From assembly GCA_965603825.1 (NCBI GenBank), contig CBFDEM010000046.1, positions 496,001 to 560,000 of the forward strand: a DNA stretch of 64,000 nucleotides. Reading direction: 5' to 3'. The DNA comes from Blepharisma stoltei ATCC 30299 (lineage: Eukaryota > Protista > Ciliophora). Shown here piece by piece: positions 12,342-24,381 of this stretch (position 1 is the first letter of the stretch; the number at the start of each line of letters is the position of its first letter). The translations under genes were made by a program, and so were the position numbers. The notes under the pieces are model-generated. The model was not told the DNA's origin, ran no database searches, and saw only the letters and a list, made by a program, of their open reading frames with translations.

Positions 12342-12878
12342 TTACGCTGGAGCACAATTAAGCACTATTTCATGAGTTATATGAACATTTTCTTTTGTTG
12401 TGTAATTTTGTCGATTTTTGGAGTGAGCCGTTGATACAATTATGTCTATGAAATTCTCATAATTTTCATAGGATATATACAAATTAAAGTCAAGCAGCAT
12501 CAAGAAACTCTGTTCAAGATTATTAAAATCTTTAGTAGGAATTCCTCCAACTTTTGCGTAATAGGAATTTGTGCAATATTTATCTTCGCTGAATTTCACT
12601 GCGATAGATAAACTGATTAAAAATAGTTTATGCAGCGAAATGTTATCAAAAATATTTTTTTTGAAGTTTGATATAAGTCTTTCAACATATATCAAAGCCA
12701 TGACATAGCAATGCTCTGGACAATGCATATATAGGTTTAAGTGTCCCAAGTAATTGCACATAGAAATGGATGGGATTTTTGCTTGCTCAAAGAAAAGTTT
12801 CAAATTTTCTTTGGGGCAGCTGGAAAATGTCGAATAGTTTTCAAGAAACAAAGCTACGGCTTCAAGTAAAGACGACAT
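12342..12878 (-). CDS. Cyclin, PHO80/P-type (cyclin-U-like)
   Basis: PSISM..YL, ALIYVERL, HKLFL..L.IAVKF.ED....NSYYAKVGGI....N.LE..FL.LLDF. Confidence 0.9.
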   Translation of the reverse strand: MSSLLEAVALFLENYSTFSSCPKENLKLFFEQAKIPSISMCNYLGHLNLYMHCPEHCYVMALIYVERLISNFKKNIFDNISLHKLFLISLSIAVKFSEDKYCTNSYYAKVGGIPTKDFNNLEQSFLMLLDFNLYISYENYENFIDIIVSTAHSKNRQNYTTKENVHITHEIVLNCAPA

Positions 12879-13159
12879 TTTTTATTTAGATTTATCTCAG
12901 ATGATTTTAATATGAAAATTAAGCATTTCATATTTTCTTATTCAGAGTCAAATAATAAAAATTTAAACAATTTCAAAGAAAAATAATTATGCCTGCATTA
13001 GTTTGTAAATTGATTTAATTTTAATTTTTAAGATCATCTTAAACAGGATTTAATAGCCCATAAAAAATTTCTATTTTGCTTAATGCTTTTAATTTTAGCT
13101 ACGCTCAATTTCTTGTATTTTAATTTGAAGAATCAGATTTCATTTTTATCAGCATACTT

Positions 13160-14932
13160 ATGAAAGCTGAGCAATGCTTTAATGCAGGATGCCTACTTGA
13201 AATAGAATATATATGCCAGTGCACCTCTCCTGAAACTTACTCTTGCAAACTACACTGAATAGAGCATTGTGACTCATCTGATAGAGATCATACCTTTAAA
13301 TCTGCTTTCTTAAAGCCTCCTGAAGGTACAAAAGAAGCAGTGCTTCAGTTTCTTACGAAAGAACAGTCTAAAAAGAACAAATTAAAGAATAAAATTATTG
13401 ATTCCTTTCGTAAAAATATCACCAATTCAAAAAATAGTTTTGAAGAAAGCCTTAAAAAGTTGGATTTTGACTCAGAAGAGATCAGCAATTGGATGGAAAA
13501 GGTCTTGAAAACGCAAAAAATATCAAAGCAGGAACAAGAGCCAATTCTAAAGCTATTGGCTTTAAATCCAGAAGATGCGATTATAAAAGCTAAAACTTTG
13601 CTCTCAAGCAGCTCAGAGTCGTATGGCAAAATAAAACTGCTTTATGGGCTAAATGAAGAAATTGAAAAAAAGATTGATTCTTTTATAAAAGAGAAATTTG
13701 AAAATTTTCTAGATAGCAGGCTTGTTGAGATAGAAAAAACTCTGCTAGTGCATGAAGAAATCCTAAAATCTTGTACGAACCAACAAGAGAAGGTAAATAA
13801 TTCGATTTCAGTATTGATAAGTGAACTCGAAAAGGATAAAAGAAAATTTGAAGATTGAAATAAAGAGGTAAAAATTGTGTGAGAAAATCAAGTAAATATG
13901 CTAAACTCTCAATTATCCTGTATGACTGAAAACATAAATAAAAAACTAAATGAAACAATCCAATCTCAAAACCAATTCAATTTAAATGTCGAAAACAAGC
14001 TACTAATTCCTCAAGAATTAAGAGTTAAAACATTTGCAATTTTAGGCCAAAAAAATGATCCAAGCACAGAAGCTGATTTCAGAAGAACTTGCTCAAAATA
14101 CGAAAACGAGCTAAGAGATACCCTTAGCTCTGACCTATTCCTCAATCATAATTATCAAAATTACATCAGTTCTTATATCCTAAACACATCCCTTTATCTT
14201 CTTAAAAATTTTAACAACACAACAAATCTATCTATCTATAATACTGAAAGCGAAACAGAAAATATAAAAACCTTAGATATTCCAGAGCCATTAGATATAT
14301 ACACATGCATAGCACAACTCCCAAAAGGAGGATTATTCTGTTTTGGTAAAAATCCACCCTCTGGCATCACTTTAATAATTGATAAGAAATATAATATTAG
14401 AATGCTGCCATCTGGGGTGTCATGCTACTGCTCATCAGCCATCTATTTAGATAGAAATATTTATTGTTTTGGAGGAATAGATAATAATGGCTATTTAAAT
14501 TTATCAGAGAAGTTTGATTTGGACAGAGAGTGCTGAATTAAACTAAGCCCAATGCTTCAATCTGACTATGGCTGCCATTCGGTAGTTTTTGATAGAGATA
14601 TTTTGGTTTCTGGGAAGAAAAATAAATATCTTTTGCGATATTCAATAGATGGCAATGTTTTTAATAGGATCTCTTTTGAATTTGCAGAAAATAAAAGAAA
14701 AATTTTGGTAAATGGAGAAAGAATATATTTGATTGAATGCGGAGGGTTTATCTATGAAAGTGAAATTCAAAATATTGGTACTTGGAAACAAGTAGCAGAA
14801 TCAAAAATTAGAGATAGCAGTCCTTCTCAAGTTTATTATTCATATAATAAAGAAGCAATATATGTTGGGTGCAAGAATGATGAAGGCTATTACAAATTTA
14901 ATTTGAATAATAAAATAATGATTCAGCTTTAA
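13160..14932 (+). CDS. Cys/His-rich N-terminus, coiled coil and degenerate Kelch-repeat protein (590 aa)
   Basis: Three track ORFs are one frame joined by 4 TGA codons. N-terminal CFNAGC..ICQC..SCKLH(W)IEH, C-terminal LFCFG and IYCFGG..EKFD....(W) Kelch-like blades. Confidence 0.8.
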
Positions 14933-15715
14933 GAACAATTTTCATAATGATCATTAAAATAAAATGATGAGGGCCTTTTTAATTATACGTTACCTTGGCA
15001 TCTTGTTGCAATTTATCATAAGTTTAGGTAGTGATTAAACTGCTTGGAATGATCCACTCTTATTTTTAGTTTTTATCAATTTATTTGGGAGCAGAGCACG
15101 CGGATGAGCTAAGTGAATTGTCAGTTTAATATGCCAATAAGGATTCTGGCTAAACAAGCCATCCAAGTTATTTAAGAGATAGCATTGCTAGCTCATGATG
15201 CGAAGACTGCTTGGGGAAGATGAATCATAGCATTCTCATTTTATTCTAAAATGTGGATATGTGCATGGCTAAAATAACTTCGGAGTAAAGCAAAACCCGA
15301 ATAATAGCTTAATTGAATAATAAATTTAATAGCTAAATTATTTTGATTTCATGAAACTTTTATATTTATAAGCGTGAAAAAAGATGGGTACACTTACTTA
15401 TTAACTTGATATAAAAGCATCAGGCTACGAAGAGCTATATTTCACATTAAATCTATGCTTTATTTTATATATAAAGAAAGCATGGTGATAGAGAGTTATA
15501 ATTTAAGGTGACGAATTTAAAAGATGTGAAAAAATTATCAAAATAAAATGGTAAATAAAAACACAAAATTATATTTAGGTATAGACATGAAACTCCATTT
15601 ATCAATATCATTATATTTAAAATGATATTTTCACCTTTATCCACCTATGATCTATTTAATATATATGTTTATTAATAATTTTTTGATCAAAGATTCAACA
15701 TCTAGTAATTAATTA

Positions 15716-16450
15716 ATGCAAAATTTAACACAATCTCAAACCTTATACAAACCAGCACGGCTTTTCTTTCACTTGACTTTGGCTTTTCTTTATCTAGCTC
15801 TTATTGCTTGCAAGATTGCAGTTATGAATGTAAAAGACTGATATAAGCAAGGTTCTGGAGCGGTTAAGTGAAAAGGCTCTCTTCTTGAAGTTTATTCTTC
15901 TGGAGGTGTAATAGAGGAGAAGTCTTATTCTTGGCTCTCAAATCACTATTGTGGAAGTCACTCACATGGCTGCTCCTCTAATTGTGATGATTGTGAGTGT
16001 TATGACTCTAAAGTGGCTTGTACAACATTTTAAAACTTGAATAGAGGAGGCATTGCATTTATTGTATTTAGTTTCTTAGAAATTTTATTTGTATTGGCAA
16101 TGATTGGATTGTCTATTCCTGCAGCGCGTGCTAATAAAAAATATATGTGTCAGGTGTATTTATTCTCAGTTTTAGCTCTATTTGCAGGTCTAGTTGCTTT
16201 TTTTGTTATGGCAGGGACTGCAATGATTACATTTGAAGATTCTTGCAATGAAATTTCAGGCCACTTATCAAGTCAAGCTAGCTCTTGTGCTCTAACTGGA
16301 CCAAATTTTGACCTATTCAATCTTCTATTTGTCTTTATACTCAGTATATCATTTTGGATTTATGTTTATGCGTTACAAAAAGAAGAGGAGAAAATTTCTC
16401 AAGCTCAAAATGGTGGTATATTGATGGCTTATTTCTGGACGGAAGATTAA
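15716..16450 (+). pseudogene. Cys-rich 4-TM membrane protein, copy 1, with premature TAA
   Basis: Close paralog of 17364-18200. In-frame TAA at 16031-16033 where the paralog has GAA. Confidence 0.7.
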
Positions 16451-17363
16451 TTCTTCATGATGTATTATTTTAGATGGATTCGTAATTGAAAGAAATAAAA
16501 TAATAAAAAGTCTTGAAATAAAAACAACATTTCAGCATCAAATTTATTGCAATTTACCCAAATTATTGTTTTAGTAAATAATCATTTTTATAAAATTGAT
16601 CCAGAACCAGTTGTCTCAATTGATCTGCATAAAAGACTTTTTATATTTATAATCATGCTGTCCACTTTCAGTTGGCTTATAATAGGCGTACTTGCATTTA
16701 AAATTTTCTTTATTACAGTATGAGATTTTATAAGGCATATTTTCGCATTAATATTTATGCTTAGTTTAATATATAAGGTAGAAAATTTTTAAGAAGCCTT
16801 ATCGGGTTGGGAGATAATATAGAAATTTAAAGAAATATTAATTGTTTCAGATTAGGATTTTATATGGACCATGAGATCCTACCTAAACAATTAGCACATC
16901 TTTTTGGAAATTTATTCATTATCCAATCTCATCAAGACCCTTAAAAAATTTTCCAGCTCATTATATATAAATGAGATAAATGATAGATGTTTGAAGTATC
17001 AGCTGCTAAAGAGGTATAGTTTAAGCAACGAATTTTTATTTAGAATAGATGCAAAATATAAAAGATAGATATCCTTCATAATTCTTTATCACAAATTTTC
17101 TGTTTAGAAGGGAAGAATGCTTTTTGAATTTGTCAGAAAAACAGGTATAAATGATTCTCAAAGTCAATATTTCTAAAATCAGTTTCATTAGTGATATGAA
17201 TTTTGAAACTCCATTTATTAATATCATTCTGTTGAAAATAAATTTAGTAAGCTATAACTACGAAAAAATTTATATTTAACCTTTGTCCACTATGCAAAAT
17301 CTCTTTAATGCATATTTTTATTAATGATTCTTTATTCAAAATTCAAAATTTTCTTAATAATTA

Positions 17364-18200
17364 ATGCATAATTTTAACCAACAGCGCAAGTCATGCATAT
17401 CAGGGCGGCTTGTTTTTCACTTGATTCTTGTTTTCCTTTATCTAGCCCTTATTGCTTGCAAGATTGCAGTTATGAATGTGAAAGATTGATACAAGCAAGG
17501 TTCTGGAACAGTTAAGTGAAAGGGCTCTCTTACTGAAATTTATTCTTCTGGAGGCGGAATAGAGGAGAAATCTTATGCTTGGCTCTCAAATCACTATTGC
17601 GGAAGTTACTCATCTAGCTGCTACTATGATTGTGGTAATTATGAATATTATGACTCTACGGTGGCTTGTTCAACGTTTGAAAATTTAAATGGAGGAGGCA
17701 CCGCATTTATTGTATTTAGTTCCTTAGAAATTGTGTTTGTATTGGCAATGATTGGATTTTCAATTCCTGCAGCACATGCGAATAAAAAATATTTATGTCC
17801 GGTAATATTATTCTCAATTTTAGCGCTAGTTGCAGGCTTAGTTTCATTTGCTGTTATGGCAGGGACTGCAATGATTACATTTTCAGATTCCTGCGATGAA
17901 ACTAAAAGCCACTTATCAAGCCAAGCTAGTTCTTGTGCTCTAACTGGACCAAAATTCGACTTATTCAATCTTTTATATATTTTTACACTCAATTTAATAT
18001 TTTGAATTTATCTCTGTGTATTGAAAGGTGGAGACAAGAAAATTTCTCAGGCTCAAAACGCCAACGTATCTATGACAGCAAATGTCCAGACTCATCAAGA
18101 CCAAGTCCAACCGCCTATTCATGTTTTTCCTTTGGCAGTAGTAGGTCCTCATGTGCCTTCCGATGGTATTCCTATTGGGATTCCTTATAAGGATGCTTAA
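17364..18200 (+). CDS. Cys-rich 4-TM (claudin-like topology) membrane protein, copy 2
   Basis: ATG 17364, three TGA-Trp, TAA 18198-18200, 278 aa. Four hydrophobic segments and a W-Y-K-Q...W-K-G-S-L loop. Confidence 0.8.
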
Positions 18201-18644
18201 ATCTCTTAATTAATAGGAATTAATTTTTCATGATGCATATTTTAATAGAGATAATAATTTTGAAATACAAAGAAGTCCTTGTTTTAAATTTATTTTGATC
18301 TAAATCAAAATAATTCTTTTAATAGAAAAACTTTTTAATAACGCTATCCAGAATCAGTTTTTTCAATTGATCTTTATAGCTGATATTTATAATCATAATT
18401 GTCCAACTTTGAATTGTATATGTCAATTTGAATTCATGATAAAAGCTGCATTATAATATCGATTCAAGAATTTTTCAAGATTTTATTGAAAATGCATCTA
18501 CTCTCTAAAAACAACTTTTATATTACCTCCGATTCAAGAAATACATAGAAACAAAAAAATTCATGCACTATTCTTATATCTACAATTACTCAAAAAATGT
18601 AAAAATTATGAAAAAGAATAATAAATATTATAAGACTCAATTGA

Positions 18645-19439
18645 ATGCAAGATCCCTCAAAGCCTCGATGAAAGATAATCTATATCATATTCATATGCCT
18701 ATATTCTACCCTTATTCCTTTAAAAATTGCAGCAATTAGCACACAAGACTGGTATAAGCAAGAGGGTTTTCAAGAATGGAAAGGATCACTTTTTAAAGTT
18801 TATTCTGCTAGTGAAGGAGATTACAAAGAAGATTCATATGCTGAGCTTGCAAACTACTGATGCGAAACTAGTGAAATTAATAAGAAAACAAAAGATAACT
18901 ATGCAGGATGTGAAATGTTCACAAATCTATCAGGGGGTGGTATCAGCTTTGCTGTATTTAGTGCTGTTGAAATTGTGTTTATTGGCTCTTTTATTGCTTT
19001 TACTCTGTCTGTCATATATTGCGATAAAAATTTTTTGTGCTTGAGAGTCCTTTTTTCTATTTTTTTGACACTTTGTGGAATTCTTGGGTTTATTGTTATG
19101 GCTGGAACATCTATGATTCGATTTAATGATGATTGTGACACAGATGATGATAATTCATCCCAGAGCAGCACTTGTGCATTAGTTGGGCCACAACTGGATT
19201 TGTTTAATTTAGTATATGTCATTACCATATCCTTTGTGTTTTGGGTTTTTATCTGTGCAACTAAATGTGAAAAAAGGATACTTGATGAGAGAATCAATGG
19301 TCAATCTAATATTGAAAGCAACTATAGGAGTCAAGACAGAGCGCAAATGCAAGAAATTCCTATGAATGTTATGAGTTTGCCACTTAATGGCGATAGTAGA
19401 GACCAAAATTCTGGGGCACCTGATATAATTTATGAATAA
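18645..19439 (+). CDS. Cys-rich 4-TM membrane protein, copy 3 (diverged)
   Basis: ATG 18645 in frame with track ORF 18915 via two TGA codons. Shares DWYKQ, WKGSL, GGG..F.VFS and CAL.GP. Confidence 0.8.
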
Positions 19440-20040
19440 ATTGCATGCAAACTTAAAATACGTAATTTAAACATATTTGTGATGGCAAAATCCACTATAA
19501 TTTTTTCTATGTTAAGAAAAAAAATCCGTTTAATATTGAGTTTGAATAAAAGCTTAAAAGATATGGCAAGAAATTTATTATCAACAACATTAATAAAATA
19601 TAGGAAATTTTAATAAAGTAATTATTTGGCCAAATATAGTTGCATTTTGGTGGGAGAAGAGTAAAATGGCAATTTTGAGCTCATTATACAAAATATATTC
19701 TTCAACTATTACCACTTCAAATTGAAGCTATATTTATTACAATCTATTGAAACAGCAGGGGCTGAAAATGGCAATTAAAAGAATCTACTTATAATCTCTA
19801 GCACTCTCTTTTCAAGTATTAGTAAGGTATTACTTTATTCTTGCTTTATATAACTCAATGAGTTTTCCATTCTATTCCAAATTTTATAAAATAAATATAA
19901 AATATTGAGTTAGGCAAATTATAAAAGTTATTAACTATATCCTCACTGATATCAATATAATTTTATCTAAAGCACTAGTTTTTTAAATTATCGACATTAA
20001 AATTTATGATTCTCTAAAACTGAATCATAAAAAATCAATC

Positions 20041-22053
20041 ATGGAAATCCCAATATCGCAACTAAGTTTCAGTGATAGAGAACAAAGATATTACTCAGCC
20101 GAATTCGAAAACCTTACTTCTGATCAATTCTGCCCAATCTTTGATAGAGAGCTCAATGGCCAAGCAGCAGCTTCATTTTTCCGGCTTTTAAAAATAGATG
20201 ATTCAGATCTCACAAAGATCTGAGAATTAGTGAGTGAAAGACGCTCTTCAATAAAATTTTGGAATTTTATGGCTGCAATGCGACTTTGTAGTGCAAAAAA
20301 GCAAGGTTTGCCAATAGTAAAAGAGAATTATATGAAAGAACAAAACATCCTTGCCAGAAAGAGAAGAGAATCTTTACAAGCAGCTCAAAAAATACCTAAT
20401 AAGCCTGATTCTGAAGAAAATAAGTCAGGAACTTCATCTGAAGGCGACCAAAAAGTAAAAAGTGCAGATCGGGCATCATCTGATGGCAAAATCAATGAAA
20501 TATTTCCTAAAATGGAAGATGCTAAAGAAAGAAGAATTATCGAGAAAAATTATTTTGAAGAAGAAAAAAACAAAATTAATGATATCTCTAGAGGAGAAAG
20601 CGATGCAATGATTGAAAAAAGGCAAAATTTTTTGCAGATGAGACCTGAAAACTCAAAGAAAATCGCAGCAGATGAAGAACTATCAAATAATCTAGAAAAA
20701 AATAGAAGGAAATCATTAGAAAATCCTACTGAAATTCCTTTGCAGATAAGCTTGGAAATCCCGAATAATAATGAAAAATATATGCATGCTAGATCATTGA
20801 CAACTCCTAACCCATCACCTATTCCAGATCCTATGCCAGACCCTAATGCTGCCCGAATTCCTTCAAATGTCAATAAAGTTCCTATTAAAATGCCATCTAT
20901 TCCCAAACTTTATGTGTCTCCTCTAGGCAGAATTGATGAAGAAGGCAGCGGAAATTCTTCAAGTTCAAAAGATCCAGATATTACAGTAGAAAACCCAACA
21001 CTTGTCTCTAGTGGATGGTTTGGAAGCACTTCTTATTATGTATATACTGTGACCACAAGGGCAAATGGAAAAATCTATTCAGTGAAGAGAAGATTTAATG
21101 ATTTAGATTGGATGCATAATTTGCTTATAGAAAAATATAAAGGGTTTATTATACCTCCCAGACCTGAAAAAACATACATAAAAACCATGACAGAGAAATT
21201 TTTAGAAGAAAGAAGGTCCCAAATGGAGAAGTATTTGAACATTATTGCTAAACACCCTATCTTAGGATCCTCAACTGCTTTTAAGGTATTTACTCAAACT
21301 CCTAACGAGAAATTTGAAAGAGAAAAACAAAAAGCAGAAGAAAGCCACGAAAATCTAGAATTCAAAAGCTTAGAAGACGCTTATGACCAAGTAGTCTCAA
21401 TAGTTCAAAACAAGCTCCAGATTATGCTTTCACAAAAAATCATGCCATTCAGTAAAGAAATGTCAAATATAGAAGACAAAGTTCTAAAAATCGAAGCCCC
21501 AATCCAAGCATTATCAGCCTCCTTCTCAAATTGGACACAGCGGCAATTTGACTCTTTGAAGTCTTTTGATTCATTTATGATCCCTGACCTTCCTGATTTT
21601 AATGACCTAATCCGAAGGTACAAAACCATTGCCCACACCAACATAAATGACCTAAATAAACTTTCTCTAGAATTTCATGAAGAATTTTTAAGATTAGAAG
21701 GCTTAAAACAAGCAATAAACTCATATAAAAGCACTCTCGATGAATATGCTCAGCAAGAAACTCTTATATCAAGAAAACTTTCTAAGCATAAATCAAGCTC
21801 AGATGAAGACACAGCAGCTCGATATTTAAGTGAAATCCAAAAGACTCAGGACAACTTGGATAGGATCAGCAAAAATATTTCACAAATAGAAGAAAATTTA
21901 GAAAAAGAAAACGCTAGTTTGGATGAAAATAGAAGGGTGCATTTGGTTGAAACTATAACAGAGATTGCAAGGAATCAGAAGAAGTATTATGAAAGTGCAA
22001 GTACTTTTTGGCAAGATGCGCTATACTCACTGGAGGTTTCTAAGGAGATATAA
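20041..22053 (+). CDS. Sorting nexin (PX + BAR/Vps5-like) with N-terminal EH-like domain
   Basis: Frame continuous across TGA 20221-20223. PX motifs VKRRFNDLDWMH, IPPRPEK, FLEERR..MEKYL..IAKHP. C-terminal coiled coil. Confidence 0.85.
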
Positions 22054-22132
22054 TTTATAACTGAAATATTAATTATTTATAAAATTTTAAATAGCTTCGA
22101 ATTAATATCTAAACAATTATAAAAGAAGCAAG

Positions 22133-22873
22133 ATGAAAGGCATAGAAAAACTGAAAGTGTATATCGTAGTTTTACTTGTGTTTTTGGTGCTATTTATAGC
22201 TCCTGAGAAGTTTAGCTCACTTTCAATTGAATGAATTTATCCGGGACACCTATTCTATCATTTATCAGCTTTTACATTCCTATATCCAAATTCAAATTCA
22301 GTAAGAAAATTTTTAACTGTATATTTACTTTCTATTAGTGAGTTATGTTTATTGTGCTTTGTATCTAAAGTCCCAGTACATTCACTTTGCAGCACTGTAA
22401 GCATTGAATTTATAGCTATTTTTTTAGTTTACAGTATTTTGCCAAGCTCAATAACAAAAAGTGCGATCTTGAATAACGAAATCAGAATTATGACTTATTT
22501 AAATGAAGCATTTTGGAAATCTAGCCTACTAATCAATGCAATACAATATACTTTAAACTTCTATGAGCTTTCACAGTACTCGCTCGCAAAGAGCCTTTTT
22601 ATAGGAATTTTATTTATGATGCAGACCCATTTAGTATACTTTGCTGACAATTATCTTACTGTTTCTGGCTTTAAAAAAGGTATTTCACGCAATAACATAG
22701 TTATTCATATGAAGCATGGTTTAATACTTTCAACGATTGGCTACACTTTACTATCCATAAGTAAATCCTCTTCAGATTTGAATTATTCAAGCGATTTCCT
22801 TGCCCTTAAAGTCTGCAGCTCCTATCTTATGGTATGGTATTCTCTTAAAGCCATCAAACGCTCCTCTATTTAA
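22133..22873 (+). CDS. Hypothetical multi-pass membrane protein
   Basis: ATG 22133 in frame with track ORF 22352 via one TGA. Several hydrophobic segments. Confidence 0.6.
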
Positions 22874-22920
22874 ACATTTTTCATCTAAATCTTTTAATTT
22901 TGACTTATAAATATTATTTA

Positions 22921-24132
22921 CTAGCAGATTATCTCCTCAACTTCTACCTCCGGGATTTTCTTCATCTTCATGTTCTGCTGATCTTCCTTTATCAGCTCAA
23001 ATAATGCTTTCATTATATCTCCAACTTCAGTGATCTTATTGTAATTTCTATATTGCCTTTTCCAACAAAAGACGTTGAGACTGTCTTGAAGATTTTTTAA
23101 TTTTCTTGATTTCCGCTTAATATTGTACTTTGCCCAGCACCAGGAAATTTCGATATGCTGAGTATGGATTTCTCTGCTATGAGGATTTACGAAGAACCTT
23201 GAGTGGTCAACAGTATAGTGAGGAAACCCAAGCTCTGGAAGTTTGTTATAAGCAGCCCACTGATCTGAAATTATTGTGGTGCCGGCTTCGCACCGCTTTT
23301 GAATGATAGGCAGTAAATATGCTGCAGTTCTTTTAGGAACTAGTTCCATATAAACCCTTTTGGATTCTCTTTCGTATAAGCCAAATACCCATTTTTCAGG
23401 AGTAGTTTGCCCAAACCCTAAGGGGCCCTTTCCACTTCTAAAGCAAGACTCATCAATTTCCACAATCCCCCTAAACTTCGGCAGCGTCCTCATAAAATGC
23501 TCCGATACAATTTTCTTTAATTTTTCATCAATTTCAGTCTGCTCAACATTACGAATACCAAGCAGCTCGGAGATTTCTTTATCACCAAGATTCATAGCCC
23601 ACAGAAATAAATACAACAAAATTTTATCTTGGCTTAAAGCTGTATCTTCCCAGATACTTCCATGAAGCAACTTTTTACTTTTACTACACTCACAAGTAAA
23701 AATATATTCATTACTATACTCGCAAAATTTAAGGACCATTTCTTTCCCACACTCGCATTTTTTTTCACTTTCAATAACTTTGGTTTGAAGCAAAAAAGAA
23801 ACTGAAAGCTCATGGTCTCTTATAAGAGAGAAAAAATTTGTGGGCATTTGTAGCGCGAGAAGATAGTCTTTTAATGACTGCTTAAAAATGAATGACATTG
23901 GGAGTTTTGCATCTGGCTGTGAAGAATTTTTGATTATTTCTGAGTAGTTTGACTCAAGATTAGTTAGTCTTTCTTCTAGATCGCAAGTAATTGTTTTTAT
24001 ATGGCGAAGTTCTTTTTTGAGTTTTTGGTTGTCCTGCTCAAATAATCAGACTGAAGAGGCTGTTTCTAAGCATGGGCCACAAGAAATATAGTTTTCTTTG
24101 TGGGTGGGACAGATGTCGAGAAACATGGACAT
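22921..24132 (-). CDS. Merlin/IS1595-family DDE transposase, probably domesticated
   Basis: VEIDES (D), WVFG..ER, L.PII....GTTIISDQWAAY..L (D), H.TVDH..FV.P...HTQHIE..W (E). ATG 24132 reached through one TGA, 403 aa. Confidence 0.88.
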
Positions 24133-24381
24133 TATGCTATTATTTTTGTAATAAGTCTTTGGATATTTTAATAATAATTTAAGGCCCCCATTTTAATTAA
24201 AATAATAATAAATCTAGTTTATAAAAATTTATATTTAATATAAGAGAAGACTATCTATTTTTTACTTATCCTTGTTGCAAATATTATTGCTTTAAAGTTG
24301 GAATAACCATAAACATTAATTTTTGATATGAATTATTTTTATAGAAAATACTATAAATTCGAGTTTGCTAACTAAATTATC

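Noticed and set aside
6575-22053. Split ORFs read as pseudogenes or separate genes
   Set aside because: They are in frame and separated only by TGA or 15-nt introns.
22874-24381. Intact Merlin transposon with TIRs/TSD
   Set aside because: No inverted repeats seen by eye, and the flanks are short and abut host genes.
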